Assembly (NCBI GenBank): GCA_963838895.1
Contig: CAWIST010000003.1
Location: 8,552 to 72,551 of the forward strand
From: Vulcanimicrobiota bacterium
Lineage (GTDB): Bacteria; Vulcanimicrobiota; Vulcanimicrobiia; Vulcanimicrobiales; Vulcanimicrobiaceae
DNA: 64,000 nucleotides
Direction of reading: 5' to 3'
The notes beneath the pieces are model-generated. The model saw only the letters and a program-made list of their open reading frames with translations, was not told the DNA's origin and ran no database searches. This document shows positions 27,796 to 36,827 of this stretch, one piece after another. A program made the translations under genes and the position numbers. Numbering within the stretch: position 1 is the stretch's first letter; every line of letters begins with the position of its first letter.

Positions 27796-28155
27796 TTATT
27801 GTGCGAGGTCGGGGCGCAAGACGACGGCCTCGTCCAGGTAGACGTGCTCGACCTTATCCTGCGCGCGCTCCGTGTTCACGTGCATGAGCACGCGGATGCA
27901 CCGGCCCAGCGCCCCGGGAACGTCGATCTCGCTGAAGTGCAGCATCGGGACCGCGAGCCAGCCGAGTTCGCGCGCGCCGATCGCCGGAAATGCGGCACGC
28001 AGATCCGGCGTGAGGCTGAAAAGGATCGAGGCAATGTCGTCGGTGCGCACCGCGTTTCGTGCCGTCATCTCGCTCAGGAGCCGCTTCGTCGCCGCCAAGA
28101 TCGCGTCACGATCGTCTGCGTCGACGGTGATTGCCCCGCGAATGCCGCGGATCAC
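27796..28155 (-). CDS. aroH: Chorismate mutase, AroH class
   Basis: MIRGIRGAITVDADDRDAILAATKRLL...DIASILFSLTPDL... Confidence 0.85.
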   Translation of the reverse strand: MIRGIRGAITVDADDRDAILAATKRLLSEMTARNAVRTDDIASILFSLTPDLRAAFPAIGARELGWLAVPMLHFSEIDVPGALGRCIRVLMHVNTERAQDKVEHVYLDEAVVLRPDLAQ

Positions 28156-29924
28156 CGCGCGAAGGTCGTTTCCGAGATCGGAATTCGCTCCAGGTCGGCG
28201 ACGATCTCGCTGAAATCGTCAAAGGTCAGCGCCTGCTCTTTGTCGCTCTTTGCCTCGGCTGGATTCGGGTGCACTTCGACGAGCAAGCCGTGCGCACCGA
28301 CGGCTTTTGCCGCGCGGCAGAGCGGACGAATCCACCGGCGAACGCCGACGCCGTGGCTCGGATCGACGAGCACGGGGAGATGCGAGCGTTCGCGCAGCAC
28401 CGGGACCGCGGAGAGGTCGAGCGTGTTTCGCGTCGCCGGCTCGAACGTGCGAATGCCGCGTTCGCAGAGCATGACGTTCGGGTTTCCCTCCGCTAAGATG
28501 TATTCCGCAGCGGCGAGCAACTCGTCGATCGTCGCGGAGAGCCCGCGCTTGAGCAAGACGGGGCGTCCGGCCCGGCCGACGGCTTTGAGCAGATCGAAAT
28601 TCTGCATGTTGCGCGCACCGATTTGCAGGACGTCCACCTGCTCGGCGATGCGCGAAACTTGATCGGTGGTCATTACCTCGCTCACGGTCGGAAGGCCGCT
28701 CGCGCGCCCCGCCTCGGCCAGCAACGTGATGCCTTCCCACCCAAGGCCCTGAAAGGCGTACGGGCTCGTGCGCGGTTTGAACGCGCCGCCACGGAGCATC
28801 ACGGCACCGCGCGCCTTGACTTCGCGCGCCGTTTCGAGGATTTGCTCGCGCGATTCGATCGAGCAAGGTCCAGCGATGATGACGAACTCGCCGTCGCCGA
28901 TCCGGACGCCGCCGATCTGCAGCACGGTACCGTCCGGCTTCGTCGGTCGCGCGACCCGCGGGAAGGGCGATTCGACAGCCGGTGCGATCGGCTCGGGAGT
29001 CCGCCGCTCCGGCACGCGCTCGAGCGATGGCCGCACCACTACTTCCGGCGCGCCGATCGGATCGCCGACGTGGGCATCGTAACTTCCGGGAACGGAGAGC
29101 GCCTTGCAGGCGGCCTTCAACTCGACCAGCGCCGCCGTAACGTTTTCGTCGCGCACGTCGCCCTCGAAGTCGACATAAAAGATCCGCTCGGAGCCGTGGC
29201 CGAGATACGGCTTCGATTCCAACTTGTCGCCGTTGATCCCATGCGCGGCGAGAATCGAAAGACAACGGGCAAGCGATCCCGTGCGCTCCTCGACGGCGAA
29301 GATCAGCGACGTCTTGCGCCGTACGCCCGGACGTTCGGCGTCGAATGCCGGGTCGGGTGGCGCGTGGCGCGGGCGCACGATGAGAAACCGGGAGTAGGTC
29401 GCGGGGTGATCGGCGCAGTGCGCGGCCAACTCCACGAGGTCGTAGATCGCCGCCGCCGACGGAGGCGCCAACGCCGCGATGGAGGGGCTTCCGCTCCGCG
29501 CGACCTCGCGCGCGGCAACGCCCGTGTCTTCACACGGAATCACCCGTGCGTGCTCGAGACCGCTCAAGAACTTCCCGCATTCCGCAATCACGAGCGGATG
29601 CGCGAGCACCTCGCGGACGTCGCGTAAGGTCGCGCCGCGCACGCCGAGCAGGCGATGATCCGTTCGCCAGAGGATCTCGGCCCACGGGGCCAAGTCGAAC
29701 TCGGCGATGAGATCGTACGCTTCGCGAACGGTTCCGCCGATGGCATTTTCGATAGGGATGACGCCGAGGTCGGCGCGCAAACTGGAGAGCGCCGTGACCA
29801 GCTCGCGATAACTCGGCACGCCGAGCGTGTTTGCGACGATTCCCCGTTCGCGCATGAAATGGTCGAGCACAAGCTGCGAATATGCGCCGTCGACTCCCTG
29901 GTACACCGCAACGCCGGTCTTCAC
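28152..29924 (-). CDS. Fusion protein: prephenate dehydratase + ACT domain + type I-beta 3-deoxy-7-phosphoheptulonate (DAHP) synthase
   Basis: The N-terminal ~275 aa are PheA-like (VAVYQGVDGAYSQ..., then an ACT-like TSLIFAVEERTGSLARCLSILAAHGIN). The C-terminal ~265 aa read FVIIAGPCSIESREQ...LRGGAFKPRTSPYAFQGLG...LQIGARNMQNF...VDPSHG. Confidence 0.85.
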   Translation of the reverse strand: MKTGVAVYQGVDGAYSQLVLDHFMRERGIVANTLGVPSYRELVTALSSLRADLGVIPIENAIGGTVREAYDLIAEFDLAPWAEILWRTDHRLLGVRGATLRDVREVLAHPLVIAECGKFLSGLEHARVIPCEDTGVAAREVARSGSPSIAALAPPSAAAIYDLVELAAHCADHPATYSRFLIVRPRHAPPDPAFDAERPGVRRKTSLIFAVEERTGSLARCLSILAAHGINGDKLESKPYLGHGSERIFYVDFEGDVRDENVTAALVELKAACKALSVPGSYDAHVGDPIGAPEVVVRPSLERVPERRTPEPIAPAVESPFPRVARPTKPDGTVLQIGGVRIGDGEFVIIAGPCSIESREQILETAREVKARGAVMLRGGAFKPRTSPYAFQGLGWEGITLLAEAGRASGLPTVSEVMTTDQVSRIAEQVDVLQIGARNMQNFDLLKAVGRAGRPVLLKRGLSATIDELLAAAEYILAEGNPNVMLCERGIRTFEPATRNTLDLSAVPVLRERSHLPVLVDPSHGVGVRRWIRPLCRAAKAVGAHGLLVEVHPNPAEAKSDKEQALTFDDFSEIVADLERIPISETTFAR

Positions 29925-29990
29925 GTTCCTCCGTGGCTCCGCCCGAGCAAGAGCAAACCCGTTCCAATACGAAAGCCGAAAGCCGAGGCT

Positions 29991-31208
29991 TTGTCAAGGC
30001 AGCCCGGCAGGAGGCGGGCAGGCATCGACGCTTTCACTCCCACGCCCGGTCCTGAAAAGGCGCCGCGGCTCGACGTTCTCGACGGCCTACGCGGCATCGC
30101 CGTGCTGCTCGTGCTTTGGTACCACATCTGGGAGATCTCGTGGCTGCCCGCACCGCTGCCCGCGTTGCAGTTCCTTCCGGAGACCGGTTTCGTCGGAGTC
30201 CATCTCTTCTTCTTTCTGAGCGGCTTCGTCATTACGTATCCGTTTCTGCGCGCACAGGTTCGCGGTACGCGGGCGCCGGCGTGGGGGCACTTTGCGTGGC
30301 GCCGTTTCATCAAAATCGTGCCTTCGTATGTGCTTTCCATCGCAGTCGCCTATGCGATCGGTTACGCGGGCATTCAGGACTCGACGCCCGCCTCGATCGC
30401 CGTGTTCACGCACCTGCTCTTCATTCACACCTGGTTCCCCGCGACGTACGGCTCGATCAACGGCGTGCTGTGGACGCTTGCGGACGAGGTCGAGTTCTAC
30501 TTGATCTTTCCGCTTCTTTGGCTCGGCTTTCGACGCCATCCATGGCTGGTCGCGTCGGGTATGATCGCAGTCGCCATCCTGTGGCGCGCGGGAACCGCCG
30601 CGTGCTGCTATCACACGCTCTTCCCGATGTATTCGGAGAACCTGCCCGGGTATCTCGACATCTTCGCTTGCGGGATGCTGGCCGCGATGCTCTATTGCCG
30701 CTACACGGAACGCGTCGACGCCTCGCCGTATCGTCGTGTTGCGCCGCTGCTCGCGCTCGCGGGCGCGGTCGCGTTCGTGATGCTCCTGCAAAATCTCTTC
30801 GCCCACCGACACGACGACCAATGGGCGGTCGTGTGGCAGATATGGCGGCGAGAATGGTTCGGTGTCGCTTTCGCGGCGATCGCGCTCGGCGCCCTCTGGA
30901 GTGCCCGCGCTTGGCAGCACGTGCTCGCGAACCGCGTGCTCGTTTTCTGCGGGGTGATTTCTTACAATCTCTACCTTTATCACCAGATGCTGGCGCGCGA
31001 GTTGCTGTGGCATCACCTCCCTCCCTATCCGCCGGACTACCATCTCGATCCGCAGTGGCAGGTGACGTATACGATCGTCGCCTTCGCGGTCACGATCGCG
31101 CAAGCGTGGCTCGTGACGGTGCTCGTGGAGCGTCCGCTGCTGAAGGTGCCCGATCCGCCGCGGTTGTGGGCACTCATTCGATCGTGGGGGAACGCGGCCA
31201 AGCGCTGA
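29991..31208 (+). CDS. Acyltransferase family 3 (OafA/YrhL-like) membrane protein
   Basis: ...LDGLRGIAVLLVLWYHIWE...VGVHLFFFLSGFVITYP... No ATG lies after the divergent gene, so the TTG at 29991 is a tentative start. Confidence 0.75.
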   Translation: MSRQPGRRRAGIDAFTPTPGPEKAPRLDVLDGLRGIAVLLVLWYHIWEISWLPAPLPALQFLPETGFVGVHLFFFLSGFVITYPFLRAQVRGTRAPAWGHFAWRRFIKIVPSYVLSIAVAYAIGYAGIQDSTPASIAVFTHLLFIHTWFPATYGSINGVLWTLADEVEFYLIFPLLWLGFRRHPWLVASGMIAVAILWRAGTAACCYHTLFPMYSENLPGYLDIFACGMLAAMLYCRYTERVDASPYRRVAPLLALAGAVAFVMLLQNLFAHRHDDQWAVVWQIWRREWFGVAFAAIALGALWSARAWQHVLANRVLVFCGVISYNLYLYHQMLARELLWHHLPPYPPDYHLDPQWQVTYTIVAFAVTIAQAWLVTVLVERPLLKVPDPPRLWALIRSWGNAAKR

Positions 31209-31546
31209 TCGAGAGCATCGTCGGCGCCGCGGTTGCGATCGTGATCGTGGGCGCCGTACTCGGCGGCGCGATCGTCGCAAACGCGCACTTCGGGCCGGAT
31301 CCGGCGCAGGCCTCGCTTTCCGCAGCAGTTGAGCGCGAGATGGCGGTCGCGCGCGATCTCGTGAAGTACCAAGGGACGAAACTGCAACCGGTCACCGTGC
31401 AAACGAACGTGCCGCTGCCCGACGGCTCGCCGCTTCCGGCGACGCTGCAACTTCAAACGGCATCGCTGCCGAACGGGGGCGCAGGTGACGATCTCCGCTT
31501 CCGCGGCCTGGCGCAACGCGAACCTTGCGTACTCGATGACCGCTAG
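31184..31546 (+). CDS. Small protein with a TadE/pseudopilin-like N-terminus; the 3' end may extend to 31625 after a frameshift near 31480
   Basis: GTG at 31184: (M)GERGQALIESIVGAAVAIVIVGAVLGGAIV... After the G5 run the +1 frame (VTISASAAWRNANLAYSMTASVLAPAPIPG...) looks more protein-like than the annotated tail. Confidence 0.4.
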   Translation: MGERGQALIESIVGAAVAIVIVGAVLGGAIVANAHFGPDPAQASLSAAVEREMAVARDLVKYQGTKLQPVTVQTNVPLPDGSPLPATLQLQTASLPNGGAGDDLRFRGLAQREPCVLDDR

Positions 31547-31629
31547 CGTCCTCGCGCCCGCGCCGATTCCCGGCGCGTCACTCGCGCTTCCCGGCCTAGC
31601 ACCGGCGCCGACCGGAGCGCCGTAGGCTC

Positions 31630-32298
31630 GTGCTGATCCGCGTGATGTTCCTCGCATTTGCGCTCGCGGTGCTCGGTGAGACGCTGCTTCATGCCGCCGC
31701 AGCGCTCGCACTTGCGGCCTTCCATCGGCAGGGCGTGAGCGCAGCGCAAGCCGCGTTCGTGAACGCAGCGCAGCTTGCACAAAGCACGATCGCCGGCGCC
31801 ATGGCATCGGGCGCGACACCACCCACAGTGATGCCGTCGCCCGCCCCGACCTGTGCAGCGAGCAGCGACGATGCGTGCCTGATGACGTCGAGCGTGACCC
31901 TGACGGAAGTAACGCCGGCGCCTTCGCCGTGCCCATCCCCCGGTTGCGGCACGTATCTACAAGGAAACGACGCGATCGCAGAGGGGCGGCTTGCGGTCGC
32001 GATCGATGCCGTCGTCACGAATGCAGCCGGCGAAACGATCGCCGCGCGAGGCGGCACGGTCGTCTTTCGAACCTTCCGGATTACGCCGTACGCCGTTCCG
32101 GTCGGCTCGCTCGATGCGACGCTCGACGACCTTGCGGGAAACGCAGGCGATGAGGGTGGAATCGTGCCCGCCGGTCCCGGGGCGGGAACGTTGATCGACG
32201 TCGTTTATCAGAATGCTTCGAGCGGCGCTACGATGCCGGCCAACGTGTGGAGCGGCCTCGCGCCATCAGCACCGCTCGTTCGATCCTGGACGCCCTAA
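31630..32298 (+). CDS. Hypothetical membrane-anchored/secreted protein (possibly a PilX-like N-terminal helix)
   Basis: 222 aa with an N-terminal hydrophobic helix VMFLAFALAVLGETLLHAAAALALAAF, then a Pro/Ala/Thr-rich region. Confidence 0.5.
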   Translation: MLIRVMFLAFALAVLGETLLHAAAALALAAFHRQGVSAAQAAFVNAAQLAQSTIAGAMASGATPPTVMPSPAPTCAASSDDACLMTSSVTLTEVTPAPSPCPSPGCGTYLQGNDAIAEGRLAVAIDAVVTNAAGETIAARGGTVVFRTFRITPYAVPVGSLDATLDDLAGNAGDEGGIVPAGPGAGTLIDVVYQNASSGATMPANVWSGLAPSAPLVRSWTP

Positions 32299-32300
32299 TG

Positions 32301-32678
32301 CTAACCGGCCGAAGATTTGAGGGCCGAGTCGGTGATGTTGGCGATGACCGGCACGCGAACTTCCTTGCCTTGGAAGCCGGAGATGAACGTCCACAGCCAC
32401 ACCGCGAGCCACGCGATGTTGAGCAGCCAGGCCAGGAACGTATGGATCGCAGAGAGGCCCGCCATGTACATCGGTATTGCGAGAAATCCCAGGGCGACGT
32501 AAAGGATCACCACCGCCACGCCGAGCACGATCGACTGCGCCGCGGCCCAGCGCACGAACGAGTTCGTGCCGCCGCCGACGAGCATGACGACCCCGCCTAG
32601 CCAACTGAAGAGATAGGCCAGACCCGCGGCAACATGGGGTTCGAGGCCGAAGGGCGTGTCATGGTTCGGCGGGCGCAT
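32301..32678 (-). CDS. Small integral membrane protein (DUF4870-like), tandem paralog 1
   Basis: ATG at 32678: MRPPNHDTPFGLEPHVAAGLAYLFSWLGGVVMLVGGGTNSFVRWAAAQS...ISGFQGKEVRVPVIA... Confidence 0.7.
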   Translation of the reverse strand: MRPPNHDTPFGLEPHVAAGLAYLFSWLGGVVMLVGGGTNSFVRWAAAQSIVLGVAVVILYVALGFLAIPMYMAGLSAIHTFLAWLLNIAWLAVWLWTFISGFQGKEVRVPVIANITDSALKSSAG

Positions 32679-32765
32679 AATGTTCGAACGGCGCCGCGAT
32701 GCCGGCCAATTCGCAAACCGGCCCAGCACGCTCGGCGCCGCTCGTGAGGTCCTTGGGCGGCCTGG

Positions 32766-33137
32766 TTAGCCGATCATCGACTTGAACAGGCTCTCCGTCA
32801 ATCCGGCAATGATGGGCACGCGTACTTCCTTGCCCTGGAAACCGCTGATGGTCGTCCATATCCAGAGAATGAACCATATCAATCCCAAGAGCGGAAAGAT
32901 CATGAACAGGAAGTAGAAGTGCAGCAATCCCATCATCAGCTGCAATGCGAAAATGAGCACGATATACAGCCCCCACATCGTGGTTGACTGAGCTGCCGCC
33001 CACTTTACGAACTTGTTCGTGCCGCCGCCGACGAGCATGACGATGCCGCCGAGGATGCCGAGCAGGTAGGCGAGACCCGCCGCGACGTTGGGCTCCAGCC
33101 CGAAGGGCGTGTCTTTGCTGGGAGGTTGACCAACCAT
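32766..33137 (-). CDS. Small integral membrane protein (DUF4870-like), tandem paralog 2
   Basis: ATG at 33137: MVGQPPSKDTPFGLEPNVAAGLAYLLGILGGIVMLVGGGTNKFVKWAAAQS...ISGFQGKEVRVPIIA... Confidence 0.7.
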   Translation of the reverse strand: MVGQPPSKDTPFGLEPNVAAGLAYLLGILGGIVMLVGGGTNKFVKWAAAQSTTMWGLYIVLIFALQLMMGLLHFYFLFMIFPLLGLIWFILWIWTTISGFQGKEVRVPIIAGLTESLFKSMIG

Positions 33138-33265
33138 ATGCTTGCAGTATCCTCTCTTTCCAAAAGGCTCCGAGTGCGCAATCGCTGGCACCCCCTTTCG
33201 TCGCAAGCCCGGCAAGCGCCTGGAACGGCAAGGAATCAGGGGGCGGGCACGAAAGGGCGCGCCCG

Positions 33266-33451
33266 ATGGCCAGGCGCGCGTGGAACCTGCTCTTGCTGGT
33301 GCCGTTCGTCGCATACCTCGATCCGGTCTGGTATAACCACGCCGAGCCGCGCCTCTTCGGCTTCCCCTTCTTCTATTGGTACCAGCTCCTCTGGGTGGCG
33401 CTGACCTCGCTGATCATCGCGTCGGTCGCGCTGTTGCAGCGCCGCCGATGA
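33266..33451 (+). CDS. DUF3311-type small membrane protein (companion of an SSS transporter)
   Basis: 61 aa: ...LLLLVPFVAYLDPVWYNHAEPRLFGFPFFYWYQLLWV... Its stop overlaps the next ATG (ATGA). Confidence 0.75.
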   Translation: MARRAWNLLLLVPFVAYLDPVWYNHAEPRLFGFPFFYWYQLLWVALTSLIIASVALLQRRR

Positions 33452-34964
33452 CCGCGGTTCGCGACGAGGTCTTCGCCGGGCTCGTTCTCTTGGTTACCCT
33501 GATGGGCTTCGTCGCCGCCCGCTGGGGCGGCGCAAACTTGCAGCGGCTCGACGAATGGGCGCTGGGCGGAGGCGCTTCGGAACCGTCGTCTCCTGGTTCC
33601 TGATCGGCGGCGACCTCTACACGGCGTACACCTTCATTGCAGTGCCGGCGCTGATCTATGGCGCCGGCGCGCTCGGCTTCTATGCCGTTCCGTACGCCGC
33701 GATCGCTTATCCGTTCGGTTTTCTCGTGCTCTCGCGCTTTTGGTCGGTCGCCCGCGCGCGTGGCTATGTCACCGCCGCCGATTTCGTCCGCGATCGTTTC
33801 GGCGACCGGGCGCTCGAGGTGGCGGTCGCGCTGACCGGCGTGCTCGCTTCGATGCCGTACGTTGCGCTGCAGGTCGTCGGAATGAAGGCGGTCTTGATGC
33901 GCTTGGGAGGCGCCTTCGCGCTCGGCAACGGCGAGTTGGCGCTGACGGTCGCGTTTGTCTTACTCGCCGCCTACACGTATACCAGCGGCCTGCGCGCGCC
34001 CGCGATGATCGCCTTCGTGAAGGACACGCTGATCTATGCCACGGTCATCGCCGCCATCGTCATCATCCCGGCAAAGCTCGGCGGCTGGGGGCACATTTTC
34101 AATGTTTCCGCGGCAGTGCTGGCGGCGCGTCCAAAGCCGTCGTCGATCTTCCTCACGCCGCAGTTGCAAGTGGCCTATGCCACGATGGCATTCGGATCGT
34201 GTCTCGCGCTTTTTATCTATCCGCACTCGATCACGGCGATTCTCGCGGCGAAGAGCAAGCAGGTCGTGCAGCGCAACATGATGTTGCTGCCGATCTACTC
34301 GCTCATGCTCGGATTCCTGGCGTTGCTCGGATACTGCGCGATCGCCGCCGGCATCAAGACCACCGACAGCAGCAGCGTCATTCCGAGGCTGCTCACCTCG
34401 TTCTTCCCGGACTGGCTCGCCGGCGCAGCATTGGCCGCCATCGTCATCGGCGCGATCGTGCCGGCGGCGATCATGGCCATCGGCTCCGCGAACCTCTTCG
34501 CGAGCAACATCTTCGGTGAGTTCCGCCCCGATCGAACGCGCGGCAGCGCTCATCTTCCCAGGTTGCTCGCGCTGGCGCTCTTGCTCTTTGCGCTCGGTTT
34601 CGTCGTCTTCGTGCCGACGGCGTACGCGATCAACTTTCAGTTGCTCGGCGTGATCTGGATGGTGCAAATCGTCCCCGCGTTCGTGCTCGGCCTCTACACG
34701 CGCGCCCTCCATCCCAAGGCGCTGCTCCTGGGATGGCTCGTCGCGATGATCGTCGCCACGACGATGGCGGCGAGCACCGCGGTCGGGGGCGGCGGCATCT
34801 CCGCAAACATCACGCTGCATCTCTTCGGGACGAGCGTTACCGGCTTCATCGCGCTGTACGGCCTCGCCGTCAACCTCGTCATTGCAATCGCGGCTTCGTT
34901 TGCGCTTTGGATGTTGCGCGTATCGCCGGGCGTCGACGCGACGCGCGCGGCGGATTACTCGTAA
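33448..34964 (+). pseudogene. Sodium:solute symporter (SSS) family transporter, 1-nt frameshift near 33569
   Basis: MTAVRDEVFAGLVLLVTLMGFVAARWGGANLQRLDEWALGG is in one frame, and RRFGTVVSWFLIGGDLYTAYTF... is in the frame of ORF 33555..34964. The intact paralog at 41990 has ...YIVGGRSFGTLFLWLLLAGEVYT at the same point. Confidence 0.8.
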
Positions 34965-35013
34965 TTTTAGTCTTTTCGCTAGTTTAGGCTTTACGCCAAG
35001 TATAAATGGTGTA

Positions 35014-35042
35014 TTGACAAACAGGCTCATGATGGCTACGCT
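35014..35042 (+). promoter_or_regulatory. Candidate sigma70 promoter (TTGACA-N17-TACGCT) for the 35091 gene
   Basis: gtaTTGACAaacaggctcatgatggcTACGCTttc sits in the only AT-rich stretch of the area. A GGGAGG RBS lies 9 nt before the ATG at 35091. Confidence 0.35.
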
Positions 35043-35090
35043 TTCTAGGAGGCGCCGCCTAGGTGCCGTGCCTTCGGGGAGGTCTGCCAC

Positions 35091-36050
35091 ATGGCCAATC
35101 AGTCAATAGGCCGATCTGCACGGTCTTCGATTTCATTGACCCGCGCCGAAGCACTCGGCGCATCGCTCTCGTTATTGCTGCTGCCGGCGTGCGGCGGCGC
35201 CAACGCTCTGCTCGCCTCGGCAGTACCGCGTTCCCCCTCGGCGAAGGGTGCGCGACGCCCGGCGCTCGGCAAAGTCTCGACGAAACCGACGCTCCATTTT
35301 CCGGCGTCACGTCCCGACGGCACGACGCCTGCATTGAGAAGAGCTGCTCAGTCAGAGGTCACGACCGAAGATTCCGGATCCGGTCAGGAGTTCTCTTACG
35401 AGGGCCTGACGGCGATTGCGTATGCCAGCCAGAGCTACCTGGAGCTGTACGACTCCTCGGGGAACCTCATGGCGCAGATCTCATGGAGCGTCGATGGAAA
35501 TGGGGTGATGACTGCGACCGGCGTGGGTCCGTTGCAGACTGCCACGGTTACTGCGCCGAGCATCAGCAGCGTCGTCGCCGCCGGTTCCGTGCAGATCGAT
35601 TCCGCCGGCGGCTCGTTCAGCGAACCGGATTCTTCACTGAGCTTCTCCGACAGCAACACGCAGCTCGGCGCACAGCAGACGGTATCCTCGTCGAACTCGA
35701 CCACGATCACGCCGTCCCTGTCATCCCTTCCCACACTCACGTTCCAGCTACCCGTTTTGCACGAAGGTGGCGGCGGCGGATGCGGGAGCCACGGCTGCCC
35801 CCAAGTTATCACAGCGGGTGGCGTCCAGCCGATGTTCGCCGGGGGGGACTGCGCCGCGGCTTTGCTCGCGGCTATGCTGATCATTACCGTGATCATGGAC
35901 GTGCTCGCCGACATCATCATCGCAGCCTGCCTTCCCGACGAGCCATTCGAGCCCGTAGTCTGCGGCGCGGCTTTTCTATTGGTAACAAGGATGTTGGACG
36001 CGCTGGAAAATCTCTTACAAGAACTCGTAAACGCCTACTGCGCGGATTGA
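35091..36050 (+). CDS. Putative lipoprotein of unknown function with a Gly/Cys-rich and hydrophobic C-terminal module
   Basis: Lipobox LLLLPAC. A Ser/Thr-rich middle. The C-terminus reads HEGGGGGCGSHGCPQ...GDCAAALLAAMLIITVIMDVLADIIIAAC...VVCGAAFLLV...NAYCAD. Confidence 0.65.
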   Translation: MANQSIGRSARSSISLTRAEALGASLSLLLLPACGGANALLASAVPRSPSAKGARRPALGKVSTKPTLHFPASRPDGTTPALRRAAQSEVTTEDSGSGQEFSYEGLTAIAYASQSYLELYDSSGNLMAQISWSVDGNGVMTATGVGPLQTATVTAPSISSVVAAGSVQIDSAGGSFSEPDSSLSFSDSNTQLGAQQTVSSSNSTTITPSLSSLPTLTFQLPVLHEGGGGGCGSHGCPQVITAGGVQPMFAGGDCAAALLAAMLIITVIMDVLADIIIAACLPDEPFEPVVCGAAFLLVTRMLDALENLLQELVNAYCAD

Positions 36051-36069
36051 GCTTGATGAAGGAACCGCA

Positions 36070-36414
36070 GTGTCGTTGTTGACTCGGCCTCGCAGTAAGG
36101 CGCATCTCGCGCTCTTTGCCGCTTTGATGGCGACGATGATCCTCTCGGTCGCGAGCGGCTACTTCCATGGCCCACCGCTCCTGGAGCGTGCGCCCATCGC
36201 GATCGTCTGCCTGCTCTCCTTCCCTGCCGCGTACCTCTGGGGAAAGCGGCTAGCCGCGCGCGTCATAATAAACGCCGCGCTTATGGAACTCGTGCTCGCG
36301 GCGTGTTTTGGTGCCTTCCTCTTCGTACGCTCGCCCGCAGTCAACGATGCGATATTCCTCGCAGCGGCAGCACTCCTGGTTGCCGCGCTACTGCTCAGGC
36401 GGCTGAAACGTTAG
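36070..36414 (+). CDS. Small multi-pass membrane protein of unknown function
   Basis: 114 aa with ~4 hydrophobic segments, 19 nt after the preceding gene. GTG start. Confidence 0.55.
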   Translation: MSLLTRPRSKAHLALFAALMATMILSVASGYFHGPPLLERAPIAIVCLLSFPAAYLWGKRLAARVIINAALMELVLAACFGAFLFVRSPAVNDAIFLAAAALLVAALLLRRLKR

Positions 36415-36827
36415 CGAATGCGAAATGGGGCGTTTTCTTCCGTGGCCGCACCTGCGGCATTTCGCGCAATGACGCGTAGACGATAGCCGCGCAGGAAGAT
36501 CGGCGGCGTATCAAAGACGTCGAGGCTGAACGCGAAGCGCCCGGCCGCGATGCGCGGCACGTTGATCGCGAAGAGATTCGTGCGCACTTCCATCGCCTTC
36601 GTGTTCGTCGATACGACGAAGCTCGCGCGCCAGACCTGACCGCGGCGAACGTCCAGAGATGAAAAATGCATGGCGACAATGCGCGGTGCTGCCGCCTTAG
36701 GGAGAATCGGCGGCGTGGCCCAGGCCTTGGGCACGTTGCCGACGACGGCATTGGAGGGGATCTGTGTCGGCGGCGACGCGCACGCGGCTAGCAGCAATAG
36801 GGCAGTCATCAACAGGGGGCGCCCCAT
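36411..36827 (-). CDS. Putative lipoprotein of unknown function
   Basis: ORF 36411..36983 trimmed to the ATG at 36827: MGRPLLMTALLLLAACASPP... (lipobox LLAAC). The upstream 52 codons are encoded by the repeat element. Confidence 0.6.
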   Translation of the reverse strand: MGRPLLMTALLLLAACASPPTQIPSNAVVGNVPKAWATPPILPKAAAPRIVAMHFSSLDVRRGQVWRASFVVSTNTKAMEVRTNLFAINVPRIAAGRFAFSLDVFDTPPIFLRGYRLRVIARNAAGAATEENAPFRIR

